This document shows positions 30,337-39,563 of a stretch of 64,000 bases of DNA, piece after piece; position 1 is the first letter of the stretch, and every line of letters starts with the position of its first letter. The notes under the pieces are model-generated. The model had not been told where the DNA came from. It saw only the letters and a program-made list of their open reading frames with translations, and made no database searches. Origin of the DNA: Vicinamibacterales bacterium (lineage in GTDB: Bacteria; Acidobacteriota; Vicinamibacteria; Vicinamibacterales; CAVVIG01); contig JBEBGG010000001.1 of NCBI GenBank assembly GCA_040081555.1, positions 5,622-69,621 of the forward strand, read 5' to 3'. The position numbers and the translations under genes were made by a program.

Positions 30337-31049
30337 CCGCCACCGCGCAGGGCGGTTTTGACCGGGTCGAGATTCGAGACGTCTCCCGGCACTTTGGACG
30401 ACGCAAGGCGGTCTCGCGTGTGTCGCTGACGCTGCGCCGCGGCGATATTCTCGGTTTGCTCGGACCCAACGGCGCCGGGAAGTCCACGCTCCTGTCCATG
30501 CTGGCGACACTTGTGACACCCTCGAGTGGTGCGATCGCCTACGGTCAGTGGGCGGCCAAAGAGCATGGTCCGATCGTACGGGGTTGCATCGGTGTCCTTG
30601 GGCACGAACTCCACCTTTACCCGGAACTGAGCGCGCGGCAGAACCTGGAGTTCTTCGCCAGTCTCTACGCGCTTGACGTGCCCAGTGTGGTGCCGCGGGC
30701 GTTGGTCGCCGCGGGACTGGTGGACCGTGCCGACGACCTTGTCTCGTCATTTTCTCGAGGCATGCGCCAGCGTCTTGCCCTTGAGCGATCACTCATGCAC
30801 GCGCCGACGTTGGTGCTCCTCGACGAGCCGTTCACCGGCCTCGACGACCGTGCCGTTGGCATCGTGGCCGCCAGGTTCAGACAGCTCGCGTCGACTGGGG
30901 CCATGCTCGTGGTTGCCACGCACGACCTCGACGTTGCCGACGGGCTGATCACGCGGATGGCCGTGATGCAGTCTGGCAAGTTGCTGCAGACCTCGGATTC
31001 CGCCACCAACGTCAGGCAACAGTACCGGGCGCTGGTAGGAGCCGCGTAG
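30333..31049 (+). CDS. ccmA: Heme exporter ATP-binding protein CcmA
   Basis: ABC ATPase (GPNGAGKST, LSRGMRQRLAL-like signature, LLDEP). ATGA overlap upstream. Lies directly upstream of ccmB and ccmC. Confidence 0.88.
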   Translation: MTATAQGGFDRVEIRDVSRHFGRRKAVSRVSLTLRRGDILGLLGPNGAGKSTLLSMLATLVTPSSGAIAYGQWAAKEHGPIVRGCIGVLGHELHLYPELSARQNLEFFASLYALDVPSVVPRALVAAGLVDRADDLVSSFSRGMRQRLALERSLMHAPTLVLLDEPFTGLDDRAVGIVAARFRQLASTGAMLVVATHDLDVADGLITRMAVMQSGKLLQTSDSATNVRQQYRALVGAA

Positions 31050-31726
31050 TGTTTGCCCGCGTGGCGCTGCTCGTGCTCAAGAAGGACGTGGCGATTGAGC
31101 TGCGCAGCTACGAAATCATTTCGACGACCGTGTTCTTCGCCGCCGCGTGCGTCACGATCTTTTCCTTTGCCTTTGCGCGCGACGACGAAGCGATGAAGTT
31201 CTCGGCGGCTGGCATCCTGTGGATTGCGGTGGCCTTCTCAGGCACGCTCGCCCTGAGCCGCACGTTCGAGCGCGAGCGCTACGGGGAGACGCTGAAGGCG
31301 TTGCTGATGGCGCCGGCGCCTCGCCCCGCCATCTATCTCGGCAAGCTGCTCGGGGTCATCGCGCTGCTCCTGGCCACAGAAGTGCTGGTGGTGCCGATGG
31401 TGGCGCTGTTGTTTCATTCGCCGTTGTTCGAGCGTCCCTGGTTGTTTGTTGGGCTGCTGGTCACCGGCACTGTTGGCTATGCGGCAGTTGGGACACTGTT
31501 TGCGGCCATGCTCGTCCGCGCGCGGACACGCGACGTGATGCTGCCGATTCTGTTGTATCCAATCACTATTCCGGTGATTATTGCTGGCGTCGAAGGGACC
31601 ACGGCACTGCTGCAATCGCCGATCGACGATGCCATGGCGACGCTCTGGCTGGCGTTGCTGGCGTTCTTCGACGTCGTGTTCATCACGCTGTCGCTCTGGA
31701 TGTTCGAACCCCTGATGACCGAATAG
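31049..31726 (+). CDS. ccmB: Heme exporter permease CcmB
   Basis: Six-TM protein with a CcmB-like N terminus (LVLKKDVAIELRS). The GTG start overlaps the ccmA stop. Confidence 0.88.
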   Translation: MFARVALLVLKKDVAIELRSYEIISTTVFFAAACVTIFSFAFARDDEAMKFSAAGILWIAVAFSGTLALSRTFERERYGETLKALLMAPAPRPAIYLGKLLGVIALLLATEVLVVPMVALLFHSPLFERPWLFVGLLVTGTVGYAAVGTLFAAMLVRARTRDVMLPILLYPITIPVIIAGVEGTTALLQSPIDDAMATLWLALLAFFDVVFITLSLWMFEPLMTE

Positions 31727-31765
31727 CACGCTGTGTCCGGCTTTCGCCGGACGAGAGAGTCGACC

Positions 31766-32437
31766 ATGCGCACACTGTTTGTTCCACTCGTCGCCGTCAC
31801 TGCCGCGATGTTCGTGTATTCGCCGATCTATATCGCGAATGTGCCATACGAATCGACGATGTTGCTGGTGCAGAAGATCTTCTACTACCACTTTCCGACG
31901 TGGATCGCTGGAGCCGTTGCTGTGCTTCTCTGCGGTGCGGCCAGCGCGTGGTATCTGTTCAAGGGGTCGGCGGTCGCCGACCGTGTGGCTGTGGCCTCCG
32001 CCGAACTTGGCGTCGTCTTCGGCGCCTTCGGACTCGTCAGCGGCACCCTGTGGGGGCGGAAGGCCTGGGGCACCTGGTGGGCAGGTGATGCGCGGACCTC
32101 GATGGCTCTGGTCGCGGAACTGATCTTCTTCGGCTACCTGCTGGTCAGAAGATACGGCGGTCCCGGTTCAGAGAAGCTCGCGGCGGCCATGGGCATCTTT
32201 GGTGCAGCGACCGCGCCGTTCATCTACAAGTCAGTGGACTGGTGGCGCACGATTCATCCCAAGACGAGTGTGATGGGATCGTTGACCGCCACTGAAGGCG
32301 GCACGATCATGTGGGGTGCCGTGATGTATTGCACCGTCACCTTCATGCTGCTGCTCGTGGTCGTGCTCCAGGCGCGTGTCCGTCTCGAAGAATTGCGGGC
32401 CCGGGTCGATCAGCTCTATCTCTCGCTCGAGGACTGA
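31766..32437 (+). CDS. ccmC: Heme exporter/heme-handling protein CcmC
   Basis: Trp-rich motif WGRKAWGTWWAGDARTS with flanking conserved His. ATG at 31766. The ORF is open from a GTG at 31733. Confidence 0.9.
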   Translation: MRTLFVPLVAVTAAMFVYSPIYIANVPYESTMLLVQKIFYYHFPTWIAGAVAVLLCGAASAWYLFKGSAVADRVAVASAELGVVFGAFGLVSGTLWGRKAWGTWWAGDARTSMALVAELIFFGYLLVRRYGGPGSEKLAAAMGIFGAATAPFIYKSVDWWRTIHPKTSVMGSLTATEGGTIMWGAVMYCTVTFMLLLVVVLQARVRLEELRARVDQLYLSLED

Positions 32438-32440
32438 ATC

Positions 32441-32710
32441 ATGCTGCGACGTCTTGCGACCACGTTCACCGCTTTGTTGTTCGCGACCGCATCGGCGCTG
32501 GCGCAGTCGCCTGCCGGTCAAGACGGCTTTGTGCCGGCCAGTTCGCTTCCCCCCGGGCAGGAGATCCCCGCCGCGCCGTTGCTCATCGGGTCCTACGCAA
32601 CGTTCTTGCTTCTGATGATGTTCTACCTGTGGACGATCTGGCGAAGGATTGGCCGGGTCGAAAAAGAGTTGCACGAGCTGCAGCGTCGTCAGGGGGCCGC
32701 AGGCCGTTGA
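32441..32710 (+). CDS. CcmD-like small membrane protein (alternative CcmD family)
   Basis: Single TM helix followed by WRRIGRVEKELHELQRR. Lies immediately after ccmC. Confidence 0.6.
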   Translation: MLRRLATTFTALLFATASALAQSPAGQDGFVPASSLPPGQEIPAAPLLIGSYATFLLLMMFYLWTIWRRIGRVEKELHELQRRQGAAGR

Positions 32711-32862
32711 CCGCCGGGCACTTCCTTTTCATCCCGTCGGTCCTGATGGTGGGGATCGTCATTGGCTGGATTCTTGGTTCACGCGCCGCCAGAGACGCCT
32801 ATGCGATGGAGTTGAAGCGGCGAGAGGAACGGGCCGAAAAAGCGAAGGTCCGATCCAGCTGA
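32707..32862 (+). CDS. Possible small single-TM protein (38-51 aa)
   Basis: The TTG at 32707 overlaps the ccmD-like stop (TTGA). An alternative ATG is at 32746. Sequence VLMVGIVIGWILGS followed by a basic tail. Weak evidence. Confidence 0.3.
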   Translation: MTAGHFLFIPSVLMVGIVIGWILGSRAARDAYAMELKRREERAEKAKVRSS

Positions 32863-32898
32863 AGCCGGACCTTCCACCGGTAGTACACTTTCCCGCGC

Positions 32899-34908
32899 GT
32901 GGACCGTCTCACTAAACTCGCACTGACGGCCTGGATGTGTGCGGCCTTGGCGTTTCAGGTCTGGCTGTTGCGGGACGCCTGGCCTGAGCTGCCATGGGTC
33001 GCGCTCGGCACCACCGCCGCTTTCGCGCTTGCCGCATTGTTCGACCGACGAGTGCTCGCGGTGGTGCTGAGCACGGCGTACGTGTTCCCAGTCATCATCT
33101 TCGCGCTCCGTGGCGTGGTCGCCTGGGACTTTGACGCCTTGTGGTTCGCCGCGCTATTTGGCGTGCTGTTGCCCGATCTCCTGCGGACGCCATGGCGGAT
33201 CCCGCGCCAATGGCGGGCGCCCCTTGTCTATTCAGGACTGGTCATCGCCGTGGCGGTGACGGTGGTGATTGTGCGGGAAGTGGATGGCCATCCCAGCCTG
33301 TACGCCGGCCGGCGGTTGGCCTTCTGGCCCGACACGTATTGGTACGCGGCTCGCTGGACCATGTACGTGGGCGTCTGGTCAGTGCTCGGTCTGTTGTTCC
33401 TTGACACGTTGTTCGTGCAGTCCGCAGACGTTGAAGCCACGATGGCGCCCGCGCTGGGCGCGAGCGCGTTGGTCATGGCTACGGTGGCGGCCTATCAGCG
33501 GCTGGTCGACCCTGCGTTCATGAACGGCACCATGTTCGAAAAGTTCGGAAGAGCGACCGGCACCATGTACGACGCTAACGCGATGGGCATGGTGGCGGCG
33601 CTGTGGCTCGCCGGTGTCGGTCTGTGGGCAGCAGCATCCCAGGAGGGATGGCGACGAGCGGCGGCGGTACCCGCTCTGGTGCTGCTCAGCACGGCGGTCT
33701 GGGCGTCGGGTTCACGTACGGCGTTTGCGGTCGCCGTGGCGATCGGGCTGTGCGGCGGGTTCAGCGCGGTGATTCGCCGCGGCAGCCCCTGGTGGCACAC
33801 CCATCGCTGGCAGGCCCTGGTTGCGGTAATCGGGGCGGTGGTCGTGCTTGCGGGGGTGATCGGCACGGGCCGTGAAGCTCGCCTCGCTCCGCGAAAGGAC
33901 GCGCGTCACCGCCGCAACAATCCCGTGAAGAGGATTGGGGAACTCCTGAGGAATGCGACGCCTCGAACGCTTGCCGAAGAACTGTGGCGGCGTAATGGCT
34001 ATGGAGAGATCGCGACCGAGATCATTCGGCAGTGGCCGGTGGCCGGAGTGGGCGTGGGTGCCTTCAACGGCATGTCCGAGGACCTTAGCGGCATTCAACT
34101 CGGCCATCCGATTGCTCCCGACAATGCGCAGAATTGGCTGCGCCATCAAGTGGCGGAGCTCGGATGGCTCGGTGCGCTTGGATGGATCGTGTGGGTCGTG
34201 CTGTTCACTCAGGTTCTCTGTCGACCAAGAGTGGGGCAGCCGCCGCGCATCTGGGTCCTTCGAGGCGCGCTCGTCGCCTTCGGGTTGATCTCCCTGGTGG
34301 GGATGCCGGCCCAGAATCCCATGATCGCCATCACCTTCTGGGTCTTCGTTTACTGGTACTCCCGACTTTTCGCCGTGCCAGCAACGCCGATGCCGATGGG
34401 GCGATGGACGTGGATGGGCCTTGTCGCGCTGGTAGTGCTCTTTGCCGGAGCGTCAATCTCGGCCGCGCGGACGACGCTCCGGCCCCCGGTTCGGGCCCGG
34501 CAGTTGCACGTCGCGTTCTCCTATGGCTTCGGGCCGACCCTTGAGCGGGCGCCGCAGGCGGGCTTTCGAGCGATCAACGCGGATGCGGCGATGCTGGTCG
34601 CTCCGGATGGGCAGTGGATGACGATCAGCCTGCAGCGTGTGTCTCAGGCGGCCTCCTCATCGCCGGTCGAGGTACGGGTGTGGGCGAATGGCGTGGTGTT
34701 GCTGAAGGCACGCCTCGAACGCGCGGGCGCGTTCACATCGGATGTGCGGCTGCCGGTTGGTGAACGACCAATGCTGCTCGAGGCCCGCGTCCGTGGGGAG
34801 GGCGGCCGATGGTCACTCAGCCAAGAGACTGACGTGCTCATGAACTGGTCCTTCGGAGATGTGCCCCACTCCGGTGTTCGAGGTTACGAGTCAGCCCGGC
34901 CTCGCTGA
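32899..34908 (+). CDS. O-antigen ligase-like (Wzy_C) polytopic membrane protein with a C-terminal soluble domain
   Basis: More than 10 TM helices, the VWASGSRTAFAVAV motif typical of O-antigen ligase/polymerase family loops, and a ~150-aa C-terminal non-membrane domain. Confidence 0.7.
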   Translation: MDRLTKLALTAWMCAALAFQVWLLRDAWPELPWVALGTTAAFALAALFDRRVLAVVLSTAYVFPVIIFALRGVVAWDFDALWFAALFGVLLPDLLRTPWRIPRQWRAPLVYSGLVIAVAVTVVIVREVDGHPSLYAGRRLAFWPDTYWYAARWTMYVGVWSVLGLLFLDTLFVQSADVEATMAPALGASALVMATVAAYQRLVDPAFMNGTMFEKFGRATGTMYDANAMGMVAALWLAGVGLWAAASQEGWRRAAAVPALVLLSTAVWASGSRTAFAVAVAIGLCGGFSAVIRRGSPWWHTHRWQALVAVIGAVVVLAGVIGTGREARLAPRKDARHRRNNPVKRIGELLRNATPRTLAEELWRRNGYGEIATEIIRQWPVAGVGVGAFNGMSEDLSGIQLGHPIAPDNAQNWLRHQVAELGWLGALGWIVWVVLFTQVLCRPRVGQPPRIWVLRGALVAFGLISLVGMPAQNPMIAITFWVFVYWYSRLFAVPATPMPMGRWTWMGLVALVVLFAGASISAARTTLRPPVRARQLHVAFSYGFGPTLERAPQAGFRAINADAAMLVAPDGQWMTISLQRVSQAASSSPVEVRVWANGVVLLKARLERAGAFTSDVRLPVGERPMLLEARVRGEGGRWSLSQETDVLMNWSFGDVPHSGVRGYESARPR

Positions 34909-34927
34909 GGCTGAGGCGGCCGAAAGG

Positions 34928-35671
34928 TCAGCGTCCCGCTGACAGCCGCCTGGCGAGCGGTTCTGGCAATCCCGCCTTCGACATCTTTTGCTGGGTCGCG
35001 GCGATGTCGTACGGGGTGCGCAGCATGTCGATGCGTTGCGCGGCGGTATCAAAGATCGCATAGGCCGCACGGGGATCGCCATCGCGCGGCTGACCGACCG
35101 ATCCCGGATTCACCAGATACTTGGCCGACGGATCAAGCAGGAGCACGGTATCGCCGTCGGCGGCGGGCCCAACGACATCGAGTGAGTCGCCTCGCATGCG
35201 GAACGCCACGGCGAAGTGGGTGTGCCCGTAGAAGGTGACGAGCTCGCTGGCTGCGTCGAACGCCTGACGAGCGTCGAGTTCGTCAAAGATGTAGGCGTCT
35301 TCATCGAAGGGCGCCCCATGGCAGATCTCGACGCCTCCATCGACGATGGCTGGTCCCATCGGCAGCTCCACCAGCCATTGCCGGTTGGCCGGTGTCAGCG
35401 TCTCGAGCATCCATGTCGCGGCAGCCCGCGCCGTTGCGTGAAACCCTTCTGCCTGATTCAGCCCCATGGCGACTTTGTCGTGATTGCCGCGGACGATGCC
35501 AACCGGCTTCAGTTGACGAACACGCTCGACGACAGCGTTGGGGTCGGGGCCGTAACCGACGATGTCGCCGAGCACGAGGACCTCGTCGTAGGCGTGGCGT
35601 GACGCGTCGGCCAGACAGGCCTCGAGCCCTTCGAGATTGGCGTGGATGTCGGTCAGAATCAGGTAACGCAT
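34928..35671 (-). CDS. Metallophosphoesterase family protein
   Basis: MRYLILTDIHAN, LGDIVGYGP, RGNHD and GHTH motifs. ATG at 35671. Confidence 0.88.
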   Translation of the reverse strand: MRYLILTDIHANLEGLEACLADASRHAYDEVLVLGDIVGYGPDPNAVVERVRQLKPVGIVRGNHDKVAMGLNQAEGFHATARAAATWMLETLTPANRQWLVELPMGPAIVDGGVEICHGAPFDEDAYIFDELDARQAFDAASELVTFYGHTHFAVAFRMRGDSLDVVGPAADGDTVLLLDPSAKYLVNPGSVGQPRDGDPRAAYAIFDTAAQRIDMLRTPYDIAATQQKMSKAGLPEPLARRLSAGR

Positions 35672-35726
35672 GAGGGTGCTTCGGCTGGCAAAGGTGCGAA
35701 GAGAAGAGCTTAAGAGCGTATCGGTG

Positions 35727-36227
35727 TTACGTTTCGAGCCAATGGACGATCTCCTCGACGATAGCCGGGATACGCAGGTGGCCGGCGTCAACTCGATAAT
35801 GTGCCTGTGCGTAGGCGCCTCTGCGGACTTGAAACAGGCGCTCGAATTCGGACCGGTCTGCGGCCAGAGGACGGCGCCCATCGGCCGGCACTCGGGCGAT
35901 CAGTCGTTCAATCGGCACATCGAGCCAGACCGAGAGGCCGTCGCCGTTGATGACGGCCCGATTGTCGGGGTCGACGAATGTGCCACCTCCGGTCGAGACC
36001 ACAAGATGGCGATGGGCGACCTGGTCCAGCAAGACGTCTCGCTCCACCGCTCGGAAGTGCGGCTCGCCGTGACGCGCGAAAATCGAGGAGACCGTCAGGT
36101 GCTCACGTTGTTCGATCATGTCGTCGACATCGACCGCGCGCCAATCGAGGCGGCGAGCCAGTGCGCGTGCGACCGACGTCTTGCCCGCGCCCATGAAGCC
36201 CACGAGATACACCTTGTCGGTCTTCAC
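35727..36227 (-). CDS. aroK: Shikimate kinase
   Basis: VYLVGFMGAGKTSVARALARRL Walker A. The size fits and it overlaps the aroA stop. Confidence 0.92.
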   Translation of the reverse strand: MKTDKVYLVGFMGAGKTSVARALARRLDWRAVDVDDMIEQREHLTVSSIFARHGEPHFRAVERDVLLDQVAHRHLVVSTGGGTFVDPDNRAVINGDGLSVWLDVPIERLIARVPADGRRPLAADRSEFERLFQVRRGAYAQAHYRVDAGHLRIPAIVEEIVHWLET

Positions 36228-37510
36228 GCGACGAGCCGCTGCAGTGTCGTGAAGAACGTGGGGTAGGAAATCGCCACGACGTCGGCGCCTTCGATGCGCG
36301 ACTCCTGTTGGGCGGCGAGTGCCGCGATGGCGAAGGCCATGGCCATGCGGTGGTCCCCGTGCGCATCGGCCACGCCGCCACGGTGGGTGCCTGTGCCGCG
36401 CACGACAAAGCCGTCGGGACGTTCCTCGGCGTCGATTCCCAGGCCGCGGAACCCGTTGACGAGCACCGTGATGCGATCGCTCTCCTTGACGCGAAGCTCC
36501 TTGGCGCCGCTCACCGTCACCTCGCCGCCGTGCGCGGCCAGCGCCCCAATGGCCGGGAGTTCATCGATGATGCCGGGGACCTCTTCCGGAGAGATGATCA
36601 CCGAACCCGTACGCTCTCCGGTGACGGTGATGCTGCCGATGGGTTCTCCCGCCTGGCCCCCCGTTTCTTGCACGTCCACTCGTGCACCGAAGCGACGCAG
36701 CACATCAATGAGCCCGGTTCGCGTCGGATTCAGGCCGACGTCGTCGATCCGGACCTCCGAGCCTGGAATGGCCGCCGCGGCCACCATCCAGAACGCGGCC
36801 GACGAGAAGTCGCCAGGCACAAGTAGCGATTGGCCATAGCCGCGCTGGCCGCCGGCGATCGAGACGGTGCGCCCGTCCACGCCGACGCTGAAGCCAAACG
36901 CGGTCAACGCTCGCTCAGTGTGGTCGCGGGTCTGCGCAGGCTCTGTCACGCGGGTGGTTCCTTCCGTGTGCAAACCGGCGAGAATCACGGCGCTTTTGAC
37001 TTGTGCGCTCGGGATGTCAGGTGAGTAGTCAATGGGATGTAGTGTCGTGCCATGCACAGTCAGGGGTGGCCGACCGTCGACAGCGTCGATCCGTGCACCC
37101 ATGCGCGCCAGCGGCTCGATGACCCGTCGCATTGGACGCCGCGACAGTGATTGGTCGCCGAACATCGTGGACGTGAACGGCTGGGCCGCCAGTATCCCCG
37201 CGAGCATGCGTATGGTTGTTCCGGAGTTGCCGGCATCGAGGGGGGCGGCGGGGGAACGGAATTGATGCAGGCCTCGCCCCAAGATTGTGACGACGTCATC
37301 GCGGATCTCAACCTCAACACCGAGGCCCTTGAGGCAGGCGAGGGTGGAGTGGCAGTCGGCTCCAGCCGAGAAGTCACGGAGTTCAGACCGTCCCTCCGAG
37401 AGGGCCGCCAGTAGCGCGTAGCGGTGGGAAATCGACTTGTCGCCAGGGACGCGCAGTCGGCCGTGCACTCGTCGCGCGGGCGACACCATGGCAATACTCT
37501 GTGGACGCAT
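36224..37510 (-). CDS. aroA: 3-phosphoshikimate 1-carboxyvinyltransferase (EPSP synthase)
   Basis: VPGDKSISHRYALLAAL and full-length EPSP synthase similarity. Confidence 0.96.
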   Translation of the reverse strand: MRPQSIAMVSPARRVHGRLRVPGDKSISHRYALLAALSEGRSELRDFSAGADCHSTLACLKGLGVEVEIRDDVVTILGRGLHQFRSPAAPLDAGNSGTTIRMLAGILAAQPFTSTMFGDQSLSRRPMRRVIEPLARMGARIDAVDGRPPLTVHGTTLHPIDYSPDIPSAQVKSAVILAGLHTEGTTRVTEPAQTRDHTERALTAFGFSVGVDGRTVSIAGGQRGYGQSLLVPGDFSSAAFWMVAAAAIPGSEVRIDDVGLNPTRTGLIDVLRRFGARVDVQETGGQAGEPIGSITVTGERTGSVIISPEEVPGIIDELPAIGALAAHGGEVTVSGAKELRVKESDRITVLVNGFRGLGIDAEERPDGFVVRGTGTHRGGVADAHGDHRMAMAFAIAALAAQQESRIEGADVVAISYPTFFTTLQRLVA

Positions 37511-37575
37511 CCGACCGATCTTACGACAGTCGGCTTGACATCAATCAACAGATGGGATGGTATTCATTCGCGCCC

Positions 37576-38046
37576 ATGGCCCCTAAGTATCCCTTGAGCA
37601 TTCGCCTCGAGTTCACGAGCACGTTTGACATGGTCGATTTCGTGGAAACGGTGGGCGGACACGTCAGCCGGGACATCGGACTCGACGACGATTCGATCCA
37701 CTGGGTCAACGTCGCCATTCGCGAGTGCGTGATTAACGCGATCAAGCATGGCAATCGGCACGATGTCTCGAAGCGTGTCTTCGTTGAATTCGAGACGGTC
37801 GTGGCCGACGTGCCCGAGATGCTGATTCGGATTCGCGACCAAGGGCTGGGTTTCGATCCCGAGGACGTCGCCGATCCGCTGGCGCCGGAGAACCTGCTCA
37901 AAGGGAGCGGGCGCGGCATCTTCCTCATTCGAACGTTCATGGACGACGTGCAACTGCAACGCGCACCCCAAGGGGGCATGGAAGTCCGCATGATCAAGCG
38001 GGTGCAACCCGCCGAAACGACCGACGGTTCCGTCAGTAGCTCGTGA
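37576..38046 (+). CDS. Anti-sigma regulatory factor / Ser-Thr kinase of the RsbW-SpoIIAB (HATPase_c_2) type
   Basis: VAIRECVINAIKHGN (N box), IRDQGLGFDP (G1), GSGRGIFLIRTFMD (G2). Start uncertain (ATG at 37552 or 37576). Confidence 0.78.
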   Translation: MAPKYPLSIRLEFTSTFDMVDFVETVGGHVSRDIGLDDDSIHWVNVAIRECVINAIKHGNRHDVSKRVFVEFETVVADVPEMLIRIRDQGLGFDPEDVADPLAPENLLKGSGRGIFLIRTFMDDVQLQRAPQGGMEVRMIKRVQPAETTDGSVSSS

Positions 38047-38846
38047 GCGCTCTTCCTCCACAATTCCTGACGACGGCGATCGAGGCCGTTGTCCTCGCCG
38101 GCGACACGATGATGGCCAAGTTCGGCGGCGCCATGCGTGTCGACAAGAAGGGTGAGATCGATCTCGTCACCGAGGTCGACATCGCGATTGAACGGGCCTT
38201 TCGCACGATGATCGGCCAGCGCTTTCCGGATCACGCGGTCCTCGGGGAGGAGATGGGCGGCAGTGCGGCCATCCCCGAAGGACCGTGCTGGGTCTTCGAC
38301 CCGATCGACGGCACGACCAACTTCGCGCACGGCGTGCCGATCTTCTGTTCATCGTTGGCGCTTGAGATCGACGGCGTGCCGCAGATTGCGGCCATCTATG
38401 ACCCGAATCGTCAGGAACTGTTCACCGCGCAACGTGACGGCGGCGCCTTTCTCAACGGCACGCCGATGCGGGTCTCCTCGTCCACGCCGCTCATCAATGC
38501 GCTGCTGGTGACCGGATTTCCCTACGACGTGCAGGCGCGCCTCGAAGAAGTGATCGGACTCTTCAGTGCGTTTGTCGGGCGAGCGCGGGGGATCCGCCGC
38601 CTTGGGTCGGCGGCCATTGACCTCTGCTACGTGGCATCAGGGCGGCTCGACGGGTTCTGGGAGGGCGGTCTCAAGCCGTGGGATATTGCGGCAGGCGCAC
38701 TGTTGGTAGAAGAGGCCGGCGGGCGCGTCACAGGTCTGGCGGGCGGGCCATTCCAGAGCCGTGGCAACGAGGTGCTTGCCACCAATGCGCTCGTTCACGA
38801 CGAGATGCTCGACGTGATCGAGCGCTGTCGTAACGCGGCGCGCTAG
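38043..38846 (+). CDS. Inositol monophosphatase family protein (SuhB-like)
   Basis: VTEVD, WVFDPIDGTTNF and WDIAAG motifs. The GTG start overlaps the preceding stop (GTGA). Confidence 0.92.
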   Translation: MSALPPQFLTTAIEAVVLAGDTMMAKFGGAMRVDKKGEIDLVTEVDIAIERAFRTMIGQRFPDHAVLGEEMGGSAAIPEGPCWVFDPIDGTTNFAHGVPIFCSSLALEIDGVPQIAAIYDPNRQELFTAQRDGGAFLNGTPMRVSSSTPLINALLVTGFPYDVQARLEEVIGLFSAFVGRARGIRRLGSAAIDLCYVASGRLDGFWEGGLKPWDIAAGALLVEEAGGRVTGLAGGPFQSRGNEVLATNALVHDEMLDVIERCRNAAR

Positions 38847-38876
38847 TCCCAGACGGCCGGCACTGTTGACCTGCGC

Positions 38877-39413
38877 CTAGGTGACCTCGCCCGTTGGACT
38901 CGGGTGCGCCGTGTTGTATCCAAACCAACTCCAGTTCCAGCTCTGATTGCGGTTCGTCCAGTCCGAGTCGCGGTTGTCAGGCCGCGCGCCAATGTAGCCG
39001 TCGGACGTGCCCGTGAGCATCAGGTTGTCCTGTACGTCGAGCTCGTACATGCCTGGGTGCATGGCGTCGAGAATGGCGAAGGCCTGCTTCATGGCCTGCG
39101 GATCCCGCGGATCGTAGGTCTGCAGGAGGTTGTATGCGTCGTATTTCAGCGATCCGATTGCGGACTGAGCGCGGGATGCGTCGAATCCAAGGAACGACGG
39201 CGTGAACCCGAGCGCAGTCTTCCCAAGTGCCTTAGGAGTTCCTCCCGTCGACGGCGCAGAAACAAGTTCGGACTTGCCCTGCAGCACGTCGCGGAGGAAG
39301 TTTCCGAACTCGGCGACCGATACCTGGCCGTCGTGGTTGGTATCGATGCCGGTGGCGATCTGGCGCGCGAGGGCGTCGGTCTGTGACGAGGTGTTGACTG
39401 GGGAAATTGACAT
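38877..39413 (-). CDS. EF-hand-containing hypothetical protein
   Basis: Canonical 12-residue Ca-binding loop DTNHDGQVSVAE. The remainder is unrecognised and Trp/Asn-rich at the C terminus. Confidence 0.65.
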   Translation of the reverse strand: MSISPVNTSSQTDALARQIATGIDTNHDGQVSVAEFGNFLRDVLQGKSELVSAPSTGGTPKALGKTALGFTPSFLGFDASRAQSAIGSLKYDAYNLLQTYDPRDPQAMKQAFAILDAMHPGMYELDVQDNLMLTGTSDGYIGARPDNRDSDWTNRNQSWNWSWFGYNTAHPSPTGEVT

Positions 39414-39563
39414 GAATGTCCTCGTGGCGCGTCGGACCTAGCGGAGCGCGCACCCGAGGACACCTGGGAGCAAGGCCAGTGCCAGGAGATGTGGCGTTCT
39501 TAACGCGCGTGCCTTCGCACTTTGGCGGGCGCGGCGCACATCGCATGTCGACCTGCCGACATC

